Made by a program: the position numbers and the translations under genes. From an uncultured delta proteobacterium (GTDB taxonomy: Bacteria; Desulfobacterota; Binatia; UBA9968): a DNA stretch of 64,000 nt. Positions within the stretch are counted from its first letter, which is position 1. The number at the start of each line of letters is the position of its first letter. The stretch spans positions 160,001-224,000 of the forward strand of contig CAVXEP010000004.1 in the NCBI GenBank assembly GCA_963760795.1, written 5' to 3'. Of the stretch, positions 21,059-32,032 are shown piece after piece. The notes under the pieces were generated by a model that searched no databases, was not told the origin of the DNA, and saw only the letters and a list, made by a program, of their open reading frames with translations.

Positions 21059-22167
21059 TCATATCGTCAGCTTCCCCGCATATCCCGGTCATCTCGACAT
21101 AGCCGTTGCCGCCCACCGGCTTGCCGCGGGCGGTGCCGCGAATCTGCACCGCGCCTTCCCAATAGGTCACGCGCGTGCTGCGATTGGTGATCAATTCCTG
21201 TTCGGGAAATGCCGGCGTGATCTCCAACTCAATCGCTTCCGAGGGAATCGTCACCTTCCACTTCATCGGATACGTGGCACCGCTTGTCGGGCTCTTCCAG
21301 CGTTGGAGCACCTCGATGCGGTAATCTTTGAGCGACAAGTTTTTGCTCGCCCCATCGGCACTCACCAGCGTGCCGCTGGAATATGGATCCACCGAGCCGT
21401 CTTTGCGGCGCATGAGATAGAGCATCAGCTCGGTTTGATTGTCGAGCTGGATGCTGAACCAGTCCCAACCGACCTGATCGTCGCGCAGCTGATTGCTGCC
21501 GAACTCGTGGTCCATCCAGGTAAGACCGCGGACTTTTTCGCTTTTGCCGTCGATGGTCAGCTCGCCGTCGGTCTCCATGCGCGTCAGCGAATAGTAGTAG
21601 GACGCACGCCCCTCGCCTTCGCCCTTTTGGCTCAGACCGTTTTGGCCATGGAGCACGGGCGCTTTCATCGAGCGAAGGCCGAGCCGCAACTGGGTGCCAC
21701 GGTCGTTGACTTGGATGACGTGATTTTTCTCATCGCCCTCAACTTTCCAGTCCTCGTTCCAGACCTGGAAGCGATCGGTCGCCGCGCCGGCTTTGTCGCC
21801 GTAGCCGCTCACGCCGGCGTTGCCGGCAATACCGCGATTGATTCGCTCGCGGAAAGTAAACTTCTTGGCGCCAATGTCCGACAGCGCGAAATGCGCCATG
21901 TAAAGCTCGTTGAAGAGCGGCGCTTGTCTTACTATCTTTCTGGCGGTCGCGCAGGCCGAAGCGAAAAAACGTCACTTGATAACCGTAGCGTTTGCCGCTT
22001 TCGGTTTCCAAATGGCCGGTGTAGTACCACCACTCGGTTTTGAAATCGGGATGGGAATAGTGATCGGCCGGAAAAGTCAGCTTTCGCCCGGGCAAGGCGA
22101 GCTGGTAGGTGAACCCGGTAGTGAGTATACAGACAGCGATCAGAGCAACGACGCGCGAGCATGACAC
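21059..22167 (-). CDS. AttH/CrtC-like lipocalin-domain protein, frameshifts near 21920 and 21085
   Basis: FPADH..HPDFKTEWWYYTG, YYYSLTR, WMDHEF, GWDWFSIQL, YWEG, GYVEMTG(Y). Confidence 0.88.
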
Positions 22168-22168
22168 G

Positions 22169-22202
22169 CCCTGACCCTTCCCTCTCCTCTCAGGGGAGAG
22201 GG
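22169..22202. repeat. REP-like CCCTCTCC...GGAGAGGG palindrome
   Basis: CCCTGACCCTTCCCTCTCCTCTCAGGGGAGAGGG. Confidence 0.65.
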
Positions 22203-22299
22203 TTGAAGCAAGCATCCGCGCCGTCGGTGAAACCATGGGAGATTTTTTTTCCTGTCGGCAGAATTGCAGTGCCATTTCGACTAGTGTTATAGGGAGCCT

Positions 22300-23131
22300 A
22301 TGGAAAAGCAATACAGCCGCGACACCTTGCTCATCACCGTCTCCGACTTGCAGAAAAAACTCGGCTCGCCGAATCTCTGCGTCATCGACGTCCGGCCAGC
22401 GGAAGATTTTGCCCGGGGCCATATCCCCGGCGCCAGTCATTTCGATCTCTTCGGCCTGAGTCTGGTCGACACCAGCGACGCCCCGCTCAGAGCTTTCATG
22501 TACATGATCCACCATGTACTCGAACTGCGCGGGGTCAGCGAGACCAAAGAAGTCGTCTTCTACGAAGACAACTCCGGCATGCGCGCGGCGCGCGGCGTCT
22601 GGTTCTTGGAGTACTACGGCCATGCCAACGTCAAAATGCTCGACGGCGGCATGCAGGCCTGGCTAGCCGCCGGCGCGCCGGTGACCATCGACGGAACCGC
22701 GCCCAAAGCCGCAGCGTTCAAAACCGCCGAACGGCGCGAAGTTTTGGCCACCGCGGACGACATGCTTCGCGCTCTCGACCAGAAAGACACGATCATCCTC
22801 GACACCCGCAGCGAAGGCGAACACTTCGGCACCATGGTTCGCGCGGCACGCGGCGGCGCGATACCCGCATTCCATCCACATCGAGTGGACCGACAATCTC
22901 GATGCCACCGGCAAGTTCAAATCGAACGCGGAGCTGAAAGCGATGTACGACCACGCCGGCGTCACACCGGACAAAGAAGTCTATTCCTACTGCCAGGGCG
23001 GCTATCGCGCCGCCCACAGCTACATTGCGCTGCGATTGTTGGGCTTTGCGAAAGTGCGCAACTACATCGGCTCGTGGAAGGAATGGGGCGACCGCACCGA
23101 TCTGCCGTTGGAAATCCCACAGAAGAACTAA
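22300..23131 (+). CDS. Two-domain rhodanese/sulfurtransferase (SseA-like), frameshift near 22870
   Basis: GHIPGA, LDGG, then YCQGGYRAA and YIGSWKEW in ORF 22943..23131. Confidence 0.9.
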
Positions 23132-23141
23132 AAAGAAGATT

Positions 23142-23222
23142 CGCCACGAAGGACACGCAGAGCACGAAGATCGGAATCTTATTCGTCCGAAACCTTCGTG
23201 TCCTTCGTGCTCTTCGTGGTGC
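23142..23222. repeat. CACGAAG 9-mer periodic palindrome (family A, copy 2)
   Basis: CGCCACGAAGGA-CACGCAGAG-CACGAAG ... CTTCGTGTC-CTTCGTGCT-CTTCGTGGTG, just after the rhodanese stop. Confidence 0.92.
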
Positions 23223-23257
23223 GAGCATTCCGACAATACACTGGTATAGACAAAACC

Positions 23258-24214
23258 ATGAAATGCTTTTTCCCACTGGCGCTGCTTGGACTCATCTTAG
23301 CGCGGTCCGATCTCGCCGTCGCCGCCGAAGCCCGAAAGGTCACGCTCTCCTACTCCGCCGTCAGCATGACCTGGTTTCCGGTCAAAGTCGCCGTCGAAAA
23401 AGGCTTCTTTCGTAGCGAAGGGCTTGGAGCCGCAGCTGATTCAGATGAACGGCAACGTCGCCACCGTCGCGCTGGCCAACGGCCATATCGATTTCTCATT
23501 GAATATTTCACCGGTGCTCAACGGCGCCATGCAGGGGCTGGGCACCAAACTCGTGGCCGCGCTCAATTCGCGGCCGTTGTTTTCCCTGGTCGTGCGCCCG
23601 GAGATCAACCGCGCCGCCGATTTGAAAGGGCAAAGTCTTCGCCGTCAGCTCGTTCGGCAACACCCAAGCGATTCTCACGGAAAAACATTTGCAGCACCTC
23701 GGTTTGAAGAAAGGCGAATACCAATTGCTGGCCATGGGCGCGACGCCGGCGCGGGTCGCGGCGCTGGAGAAAAACATCGCCCAAGGCAGCCTGATGCCGC
23801 TGCCGACTAACGTGCAGATGGAAAACCGCGGCTATCGCCTGCTCGGCAATACCGCCGAGATCGTCGCCCACCCGATCGCCGGTCTTGGCGTCCATGAAGA
23901 TAGAATCAAAAAAGATCCCGACCTGATCAAGCGCGTCGATTCGCGCGACGCTGCGCAGCCTGCAACTATTGCAGACCAGTCCAAAAGAGACCGTCAAGAT
24001 TCTCATGGACTGGACGCGCGCCAACGAGAAGGATGCGTTACGTTCGCTGGAGCTAGCCAAGCCTGGCTTCAGCAAGAATGGCTTGCTCACCGACGACGAT
24101 CTCAGCATCGAATGGAGCTTCATTCAGCAGCAGACCAAGAAAACCCATGTGCCGGTGAGCATCGCCCATGACATGACGCTGTTGCGTGAGGTGCAGCGGG
24201 AAATGGGCCTATAG
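23258..24214 (+). CDS. NitT/TauT ABC substrate-binding protein, three frameshifts (~23424, ~23630, ~23938)
   Basis: Consecutive fragments: signal peptide + EKGFF, ALANGHIDF..DLKG, AVSSFG..ALE, TLLREVQREMGL. Confidence 0.82.
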
Positions 24215-24313
24215 CAGGCTGCTGGAAAAGACCCATAGGCCGACTGCCCTGAGCAGCGTCGAAGGGTGCGCTCAATCGCCTCGCGTCAACGTGCTCCGTT
24301 CAAACCGTTTGAA
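24212..24313 (+). repeat. Composite repeat / MITE-like remnant
   Basis: TAGCAGGCTGCTGGAAAA terminus starting at the stop codon, CCCTGAGCAGCGTCGAAGGG palindrome (24247-24266) and a GCTCCGTTCAAACCGTT unit. Confidence 0.5.
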
Positions 24314-24390
24314 TACCAAGCCCAGCGTGAGGTAAAGAAACGGCAACGTCGTGAGCAATTTCATTCGGCAATCGGCCAAGGAGATAAACT

Positions 24391-25336
24391 ATGCGAACCT
24401 TAGACTTACTCGCCAGCGACTCGTCCCACCTGCCCTTTCTTTACGTGTTCAAAGAATCGAAGGTCATGGAGAAGTACGGCTTCGAGATCGATCTGCATAT
24501 CGTCGGCGGCGCCAAAGCGCCGACCATGGCGCACCGCGCCAAGCTCGCGCTGGCCGGCGAGATCGATTTCTTGAGCGGGCTGCATCATGAGACCTACCGC
24601 GAGCGCGCCAAGGGCGAAAAGCGCTTGACCTATCTCGCCCAGGCGCAGAACAACTGGGACGACCGTTTGGTGGTCCGCCCGGAAATCAAAACGGTCGAAG
24701 ATCTCAAGGGCAAAAAAATTGTCTGCCATTCCAAAGCTCCCTGCGTGTCCGGTAATCTGCGCGCGGTCTTGGAAGAATGCGGCCTCAAGCCGGAAGAGAT
24801 CAACATGGACGTGATCGACGACACTTCCGGCAAGTTTTTAGAATTCGTCGATGAGATAACCTCCGGCAAAGCCGTCGGCGCGCTGGTCGATATGCCTTTT
24901 GATCTCTATGGCGATCAAAAAAGGATTGCACGTTCTCGCGCTGCCCGACCGGCCGGTGATTCATAACACCACCCTGCTCGCGACCAGCGATTACATCAAG
25001 GAAAACCCGGAAACCGTCGACGCGTTTATCAAAGGATTCATCGAAGCGCTGCACTATTTCAAAACCAAGCCGGCGGAAGTGGTGGCGATCCTGAAGAACA
25101 ATTTAGCGGCGCGTTACGGCCTGCAAGACGACGAATACTACGTCCACTTGCAGCGCGAGTGGGCCAAGCTGCTGTCCAAGAAACCCTACCCGCTGCCGGC
25201 GGCGATTCAAAACGTCTACGACCTCGACGTCGGCAAGGATCCCAAGATGCAACACATCGGACCGATGGAGCCGTGGGATTTGCACTATCTGCGGCAGATC
25301 GACGACACCGGGTTTATCGACAAGCTGTACGCCTAG
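24391..25336 (+). CDS. NitT/TauT-fold SBP lacking a signal peptide, frameshift near 24910
   Basis: AAGGAG RBS; IKTVEDLKGK, PETVDAFIKGFIEA, DDTGFIDKLY. Confidence 0.85.
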
Positions 25337-25491
25337 CCAAAATGAGAAATCTCCGTTACCCCTTGGACTCGCCTCGGGGTAGCGGAGATTTCCCAGAACC
25401 ACTGCTTCGTCGTTGCTGACGGTTTGCTCGTTGGCCGCGCCCGATGCGCAGTCTACTTCACTGCACGCCGTCGATTGAAAAGTTGCCGCAG

Positions 25492-26574
25492 CTAGCGCCG
25501 GCCATCGCTAAACGCCAGCGGGCCGCCAATCTCCCACAAATAGATCATGTGGTTATTGCCGGCGACGTCGCGATAGTTTTCCGCTACCTTGGGCTGCCAC
25601 TCGGCCATATCGAAAGTGTAAGAAACCACCCGCGCACCGCTCTTCAACTGACTCATTAGGCGCGGCCGGACGGTCAGGTTACCGTCGTAGGAGAGATAGA
25701 GCGTCACCACCGATGGCAATGATAAATCCGCCGTCAAGAAATCCTGCTGGCGGATTTCCACCAGACGCTCGACGCCTTGTTTGCGCACATTCTCACGGGC
25801 CAGTTTGACCAGACCGGGATCGATTTCGAAGCCCACTGCCTTGACGGCGAATTTCTTGGCCGCGGCGATCACCACGCGGCCGTCGCCGGCGCCAAGATCG
25901 TAGAGCACATCCCCTGGCTTCACCGCCGCAAGTCGTAGCATGCGATCGACAACTTCCTGCGGCGTCGGATCAAAGGGCGCCAGTTGCCCGGAGCTTCGGA
26001 TACGCGATTCAGCGGGCGGCGAGTCGTCGGTATAACGACGCTCCTCGCGCACCACTCCCGGTGCCATTTCGGTAATCACCGTGTTCGACGAATAGTAAGG
26101 TGTGTCGAAAACACGATGCCTGGATAGGGATAGACGATCGGCCAATGTCGGTCGGTGCGGACGATGCGGCGGAAAAGGCCGATTCGCTAGGGGCGGGCGA
26201 TGCGTCAGCGGTGGCCGATGCGGCAACCCCGGGGATTCGATAATCACTGTGGGCGTATGACGCGCCGGATTTGCCGGCGTGACAGTCACACCGCCGCCAT
26301 GAACGACGGGGGGAACGAACTGTGGCACGGCGGCCTGTGGCGTGCTCTGAATGGTTACGCCCGGCGCCGGCGTGACGGCTGGTCTCGGCGTGGTCGTGAT
26401 GGTTACGGAACCCGGCGTGCCGCTACGCGTCGGGCTCGTGGTCATGCCGGACTGTCCTGAACCTGACGAATTTCCTCCACTGCCGGTTGCGAAACCGCGG
26501 AACCCCTGGGCCGCGGCGCTTGACGTAATAGTCAAGGCGACCGCAAGAACTGTCATTGGAGTGGCTAGGTTCAT
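25492..26574 (-). CDS. Class I SAM-dependent methyltransferase with signal peptide and long Pro/Thr/Gly-rich linker
   Basis: PF.PTPQEVVDRML, LYDLGAGDGR, VVTLYL, GARVVS. Confidence 0.88.
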   Translation of the reverse strand: MNLATPMTVLAVALTITSSAAAQGFRGFATGSGGNSSGSGQSGMTTSPTRSGTPGSVTITTTPRPAVTPAPGVTIQSTPQAAVPQFVPPVVHGGGVTVTPANPARHTPTVIIESPGLPHRPPLTHRPPLANRPFPPHRPHRPTLADRLSLSRHRVFDTPYYSSNTVITEMAPGVVREERRYTDDSPPAESRIRSSGQLAPFDPTPQEVVDRMLRLAAVKPGDVLYDLGAGDGRVVIAAAKKFAVKAVGFEIDPGLVKLARENVRKQGVERLVEIRQQDFLTADLSLPSVVTLYLSYDGNLTVRPRLMSQLKSGARVVSYTFDMAEWQPKVAENYRDVAGNNHMIYLWEIGGPLAFSDGRR

Positions 26575-26630
26575 AACGCCTCCGAAATACAGAGACATCA
26601 TAGGGAGTCCGCCCCAGCCAAGTCAATACG

Positions 26631-27908
26631 CTAACTTTGTGACGACACGCCGAGCCCGCGCACCACCGGCGCGCGCCAGGCGATGAGCAAGGCCAGAACG
26701 ATAACGATGACGCCCATCAAACTCACCGTCATCGGCGCGCCGACATAATGGGCGCATACCCCGGCAAACAGGGAACCCACCGGCATGAGACCGCGATCGA
26801 GCGCGTAAAGGCTCATCACCCGGCCGCGCAGATGGTCGGGCACGATCAATTGGATCATCGTGTGGGTGGTCGCCATGTAAAAGATTTGAAACACGCCTTG
26901 GCAGACGAGCGTCAAGAGCGACAAGGGAAACGAAGTGGTCCAGGAAAATAGGATCATCAGGAAACCGAGCACGACCAGACTGACGAGCATAAACACGCCC
27001 TGGCGTTTGATCCGGCTCGACAGCGTAGCCAGGGCAAGACCGGCCAGCAGCGCACCCAAACCAGGGGCGGCTAAGAGCATGCCCAGCCCTTCCGGCCCCA
27101 CATGCAAGACATCTTTCTGGAACACCGGCATGAGGATTTGAAACGGCATGGCGAAGACCCGCGGCACCAACGCCGCGGTCATCAGGGCGAAGACGATGGG
27201 ATTGGACCAAACGTAGATAAGACCCTCCTGGAGATTCGCCAAAGGAGAAGTCCGCCGCGCCTCGCCAGGTGTCGCCGGAACGACCATCCGATAGACGAAT
27301 AAAAGTACCACCGCGTAGGCGGCAGCTTGAACGAAAAAGTTTCCCGCCGCGCCGAAGGCGACAATCAGTAAGCCGCCCGCCGAAGGGCCGATGACTTTGG
27401 TCATGTTGAACGCCGCCGAGTTCAGCGCCACGGCATTCATGAGATCCGCTTTCGGCACCAGCACCGGCACCAAACTTTGGCGGATCGGATCGACGAACGC
27501 CCAAGCGATGCCGGTCAAGACCGTGAAGGTAAACAAATGCCAGACCGCGAGTATCCCCGAAGCCACCAAGACGCCCATGAGGAAAGTCAGCGCAGCTAAA
27601 AAGCATTCGCAAGCAAGAATGAGCCGGCGCCGGTCCATGCGGTCGGCGAAGACGCCGGCAATTGGACTGGCGACGAGGAACGGCAGCGCGCGTAGTCCAT
27701 TGAGCACACCGAGCAACACCGACGAACCGGTCAGATCGTAAACCAGCCAGCCCAGGGTCACTTGTTGGACCCATTGGCCGGCGCTCATGAACACCGTGCC
27801 AAACCATAGGTAGCGATAATTACGATGGGTCAGCGAGGTGAAAGTCTTGGCGAGAAAACCCTGCGCCATCGCGGGCGCGGCAGATTCGATACTTGCGGGC
27901 TCTTTCAA
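26631..27908 (-). CDS. MFS transporter
   Basis: About 12 hydrophobic segments, GVFADRMDRRR motif A, LRGRVMS. Confidence 0.93.
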   Translation of the reverse strand: MKEPASIESAAPAMAQGFLAKTFTSLTHRNYRYLWFGTVFMSAGQWVQQVTLGWLVYDLTGSSVLLGVLNGLRALPFLVASPIAGVFADRMDRRRLILACECFLAALTFLMGVLVASGILAVWHLFTFTVLTGIAWAFVDPIRQSLVPVLVPKADLMNAVALNSAAFNMTKVIGPSAGGLLIVAFGAAGNFFVQAAAYAVVLLFVYRMVVPATPGEARRTSPLANLQEGLIYVWSNPIVFALMTAALVPRVFAMPFQILMPVFQKDVLHVGPEGLGMLLAAPGLGALLAGLALATLSSRIKRQGVFMLVSLVVLGFLMILFSWTTSFPLSLLTLVCQGVFQIFYMATTHTMIQLIVPDHLRGRVMSLYALDRGLMPVGSLFAGVCAHYVGAPMTVSLMGVIVIVLALLIAWRAPVVRGLGVSSQS

Positions 27909-28046
27909 GGCAATTGTTCCTGGTCGCGCTGGGAATCCCCCGGCGCCGCTAGAGCCAGCGAAAATATTTGTGCACGGAGAAACCGCGAAATAGAAAGCGC
28001 GAAGAGCCGCAGTATGGAGCTTACGGTCTAAGATCGCCGCCGTTGT

Positions 28047-28838
28047 CTAGTTGGCTCTGGCGACGAACTTAGCATCTTCGGTGCGAACAAAGCCAGGCGG
28101 GTTGCCATGTTTTGAGCGCACTTCCAACCACTGGCCGAGGCCGCGCACCACTGTGATTTCCGTGCCGCCGCCGATCCGGTTCAGCACGCGCGAGCTGCTC
28201 AGCGGTTCCTCATGGACGTCGGTGGCACGCACGGTTTCATACAACCCCGGCTCGAGGATCCGGCGCGCCACCGGCGTAGGCGGTGGTGGCGGTAAAGCCG
28301 GACTCTGCGCGCGCGAGCGCACCGGTGGTAGCGCGGGCGCGGGGCGACTTGCCAACCTGTTTACTTCCCGCTCGGCATCCTTGCGCTTTTGCTGCGCCGC
28401 GGCCAGACTCTTTTCCCGGACGTCAAGCTTGGTTTTAAGTTCTTCCAGCTGCGCCGCGCTGACTTTCAATTCTTCACCCGACTGCGCCAACTGCGCTTCG
28501 AGAGCCTTGAGCTTTTGCTCGCTTGCTTGCAGCGCTTTTTCCTTAGCTTCCAGTAACGGTGCGAGGTCTGCACGCTCGCTGTGTCCGCCGACGAGAAACA
28601 CACCCAGACCGAAGACCAACACGCCCAAGACCAGAATAAGCTTCGAGCCCAACGGAATCCCTGATCTTGCTGGTTTGACGCTGGCCACAGGTGACTCTTT
28701 GTCTTGACTCGGCCACTGCGGCACTGGCGCGGCACTAAGACTCGCCCGGCAATACGGGCAGGTCAAAGTGTCCAGCGCGATACTATTGGCGCAATTGGGA
28801 CAGAGACGGGTTTGGATTGTCGATACTGCCATTGGCAT
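28047..28838 (-). CDS. Membrane protein: Zn-ribbon, TM, coiled coil, Pro-rich linker, SH3b-like domain
   Basis: CPNC..CPYC; TM LILVLGVLVFGLGVFLV; C-terminal GQWLEV..GFV. Confidence 0.75.
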   Translation of the reverse strand: MPMAVSTIQTRLCPNCANSIALDTLTCPYCRASLSAAPVPQWPSQDKESPVASVKPARSGIPLGSKLILVLGVLVFGLGVFLVGGHSERADLAPLLEAKEKALQASEQKLKALEAQLAQSGEELKVSAAQLEELKTKLDVREKSLAAAQQKRKDAEREVNRLASRPAPALPPVRSRAQSPALPPPPPTPVARRILEPGLYETVRATDVHEEPLSSSRVLNRIGGGTEITVVRGLGQWLEVRSKHGNPPGFVRTEDAKFVARAN

Positions 28839-29037
28839 CTACTCCACAGCGAATCTCGACGGAAGCCATCGATTGGTCCCCTCGGATGCCGCTAACTCGA
28901 CATCATTTTGCGGCGATCTGGCGGCACCGTCAAGGCTTTTGTCGATTAGACGTTGGTCAAGACAGAAATGAGCCAAAAATGATAACTTGCCCCGGCAAAT
29001 TTCCTGGGCTATACAACGCTGGGAGGATTTTCTAACC

Positions 29038-29982
29038 ATGGCAGTGATCATCAGCGAAGCACAAACTCGCAAGCTTATCGACATGTCCCAAGCCGTCAAC
29101 CTGGTGGACAAAATATTTCGCGACCGCGCCGCCGGCAAGATGCGCAACGTGCCGCGCCGCCGCCTCAAGGGCAGCTCCAAGCAGCTCAACATGATGGCCG
29201 CCTGGAACCAGGATTCCGACCTGATCTGCCTGCGCTCCTACGCCGCCGGCGCCAACATTGTCACGCTGTTTCACGGCGGCAAGGGCGGCATTCAAGGGAT
29301 CGTCAACATGGCCTACTTGAGCAGCCTGCGCACAGGCGCCGCCACCGGCGTCGCCGCCAAGTATCTTGCCCCCGCGGGTAGCAAAGTTCTCGGCATCATC
29401 GGCCCCGGCTGGCAAGCGACCTTTCAAGTAGAGGCCGTCATGGAAACCTGCGATATCGAGCAAATCGTCGTCTGGGGCCGCACGCCCAAGCGGCGCAAGG
29501 ATTTCGTCAAGCAAATGGCCAAAGTGGTCAAGAAAGTGGACTGGAAGGAAGTCGACAGCATCGATGAGTGCGAAGGGCTCTCGGACATCCTGGTGGTATC
29601 GACGGATTCGACGACACCGGTGGCGACGGGCAATAACCTGAAGCCTGAAGTGCTGGTCGCCTCCATCGGCGCCAATGCCACGGTCAAACACGAAGTTTCC
29701 AATAGCCTGATCCGGCGCATGGACCTGATCGTCACCGACGACATCGCCGCCGCCAAAGCCGATAGCGGCGACCTGGTCGAAGCCTGCCAAACCCGCATCG
29801 CCCGCTGGGAAGACATCTTGCCGCTGGAAAAGTTCGTCGCCGACGGCGCGCCGCAGCCGCGCCCCAAGCGCATCTTCTTTCAATCCAACGGCATCGCCGA
29901 TGAAGACCTAGCCGTCGGCAAGTTCGTCCTCGACCAGGCCAAGCGCAAGAAAATCAAGGTTAGAAACGTAACCGAGATTTAA
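29038..29982 (+). CDS. Ornithine cyclodeaminase / mu-crystallin family protein
   Basis: LSSLRTGAATGVAAKYLA, IIGPGWQA, SIGA, SNGIADEDLA; GGAGG RBS. Confidence 0.9.
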   Translation: MAVIISEAQTRKLIDMSQAVNLVDKIFRDRAAGKMRNVPRRRLKGSSKQLNMMAAWNQDSDLICLRSYAAGANIVTLFHGGKGGIQGIVNMAYLSSLRTGAATGVAAKYLAPAGSKVLGIIGPGWQATFQVEAVMETCDIEQIVVWGRTPKRRKDFVKQMAKVVKKVDWKEVDSIDECEGLSDILVVSTDSTTPVATGNNLKPEVLVASIGANATVKHEVSNSLIRRMDLIVTDDIAAAKADSGDLVEACQTRIARWEDILPLEKFVADGAPQPRPKRIFFQSNGIADEDLAVGKFVLDQAKRKKIKVRNVTEI

Positions 29983-30006
29983 TCGCAGCTATTAGCAGAT
30001 ATGCTG

Positions 30007-30087
30007 ACCGCGAAGACACGAAGATCACGTAGGATTCCGAAATCATCGAAATTCTTTGCCTTCGTGAACTTCGTGTCCTTCGTGGTG
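30007..30087. repeat. CACGAAG 9-mer periodic palindrome (family A, copy 3)
   Basis: ACCGCGAAGA-CACGAAGAT-CACGTAGG ... CTTCGTGAA-CTTCGTGTC-CTTCGTGGTG. Confidence 0.9.
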
Positions 30088-30143
30088 AGTAATCAATTCG
30101 ACAAATCAGCGACGACTACCGACGGCATCGAGCAAAGCGAATC

Positions 30144-31221
30144 ATGGCACAACTTTACCGGCGAGCTCGGCCTGCAATTCGTCACCCATTTGGCCAATCA
30201 CTACAGCCTGCGCGACCTCGTGCGGCTGGCGCAGCTCGGCGCCGATAGCGGCTTCTGCCAGATTTGGGTCAACGACAACATTCGCTACCGCAACCAGATG
30301 GTGGTGCTGACCGCCATCGCGTCGCAGGTGCCGATCCGTTTGGGCACCGCGATCATGGTGCCGTATTTCCATAATCCCTTGGACATGGCGGACTCCTTCG
30401 CCGCGCTCTCGGAATTGTGCGAAGGCCGCGAGATCGGCATCGGCATCGCCCGCGGCGACCTCGGCCAATCGCCGCAGCATGTCCAAGCGCACAAGCCCAT
30501 CGCCATGGTCAGCGAGACCACCCTGCTGCTGCGCCGTGCGCTCGCCGGCGAAGAGTTCCCCTACTCCGACTTTCCCTTTTTAACGGAATTTTACCGCCTC
30601 AATCCCAAGGGCAAATTCCAGCTCGCCTTCAAGCCAAGAACACAGTTCAAATTCTACGGCGGCGGCAACGGGCCGCAATCGTTGCGCCTGTGCGGCCGCA
30701 TCATGGACGGCTTGATCAGCTCGGGCACCTACATCCCGATGCTCAAAGCCGGCCGGCTCGAAGGTATGCTCGCCACCGCCGAAAGCGCGGCACGAGCCGA
30801 AGACCCTGAGAAACGCTTGCACAAGGTCTGCGAATTGAATGTTTCGATTGCCGCGAATAGAGAGCAAGCATTAGATTTTCCCCGGCGCCAAGTTGCGCAC
30901 TCGATCCTGCAATGGGAAGCGTTGGGCTTCACGCCGGAAGAATACGCCAAGATGGGCGTGACGAGAGAGCAGGTTTTAAAGCTGAAAGAAGCCTTCGAGT
31001 CCGGCGCCACGGTCGAGCAAGCCGCCACGCTGGTCACAGATCACATGGTGCGCTGCTACTACGCCGCGGGAAAACCGGAGGAAGTCAGAGATCAGATCAT
31101 CGAACTGGTCGGCGCCGCCGGCCGATTGGGCTACGACCATGTCGCCTTCGCCAAGCTTGGGCCGGATTATGACGAAGCGATTAAATTACTCGCCGAACAG
31201 ATAGTCCCGGCGCTGCGCTAA
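30144..31221 (+). CDS. LLM-class (Mer-like) flavin/F420-dependent oxidoreductase; likely ATG 30144 with +1 error
   Basis: GF.QIWVND, IRLGTAI..PY..NP, GR..IGIARG, GGNGPQSL.L.G...DG. Confidence 0.85.
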
Positions 31222-31291
31222 TCCGCGAAAAGGTGGAGAGGCCGTAGCATGTTGCGCCACTGTCCGTACCAACAAACCAGAATTCAGCTCC

Positions 31292-32008
31292 CTACGGCTT
31301 GACAAACTTCAGCACAAAGCGATCGCTTTTGTCGCGGATTTTGACCACGCTAAAATCCCGCGTGTCGTCGGCGCGGCTGAGCATTTTGCCTTCTTCGCCC
31401 AGTCGAAAGCCGACCGCGGTCGCTTCCTTGATCACCAGCAGCTTGTCCATGCGGTGCAATGTTTTCGCCTCGCTGTCGCCGGCGCCCTCTTTCGCCGAGT
31501 GATCGACGACGCCGTAACTGCCGCCGCGCTTCAGCGCGGCGAAGATCCGCGCGTTCATCGGGCGCCGGACATCGGCGGCGATCTCGTGGTAGTCGAGATG
31601 GAGCAAAACGAAATCGAGAGAACTATCCTGGGGCAGCGCGAGCTTGTCGAACGGTCCGTCGAGCACGCGCACGTTACCCATGCCGGGCTGTTTCAAGCGG
31701 TCGTGCAATTCCTGGCGCGGCGCGGAATTGGCCGAATAGACAATCCCTTCGGACCCGACCATCTGAGACAAGATCGCCGTGTAGTAACCACGGGCGGCGA
31801 AGATGTCGGCGACTCTCTGGCCGCGCTTCACACCGTAGAACGCCATCACCTCGTTCGGCTTGCGCACGGCATCGATGTTTCGTTCGGCTTCCGGACGATT
31901 GGTGTTGGTCAAAATCTCCGAGTAATTGGGCGCCGACATCGCGGCGCAACCCGCCAGCAAAACTCCGGTGAATGCCCAAGCCATCTGATCTATCCATCGG
32001 TTCGACAT
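31292..32008 (-). CDS. Lipoprotein class I SAM-methyltransferase (COG4798-like)
   Basis: Lipobox LLAGC, RKP.EV.AF.GV, GYYT, VVDHSA..G, TLHR, DRFVLKFVKP. Confidence 0.88.
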   Translation of the reverse strand: MSNRWIDQMAWAFTGVLLAGCAAMSAPNYSEILTNTNRPEAERNIDAVRKPNEVMAFYGVKRGQRVADIFAARGYYTAILSQMVGSEGIVYSANSAPRQELHDRLKQPGMGNVRVLDGPFDKLALPQDSSLDFVLLHLDYHEIAADVRRPMNARIFAALKRGGSYGVVDHSAKEGAGDSEAKTLHRMDKLLVIKEATAVGFRLGEEGKMLSRADDTRDFSVVKIRDKSDRFVLKFVKP

Positions 32009-32032
32009 AAATTGCTCCCAGTCGTTCTCGCC

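Noticed and set aside
20850-22043. 397-aa PIN-domain fusion protein
   Set aside because: Beyond about aa 64 it is the antisense shadow of the AttH-like gene.
22300-25336. Programmed frameshifting in the clustered broken genes
   Set aside because: No shared slippery motif or stimulatory structure; similar indels occur throughout the window.
30001-30143. N-terminal extension of the LLM oxidoreductase
   Set aside because: It is the translated family A palindrome; the likely start is 30144.
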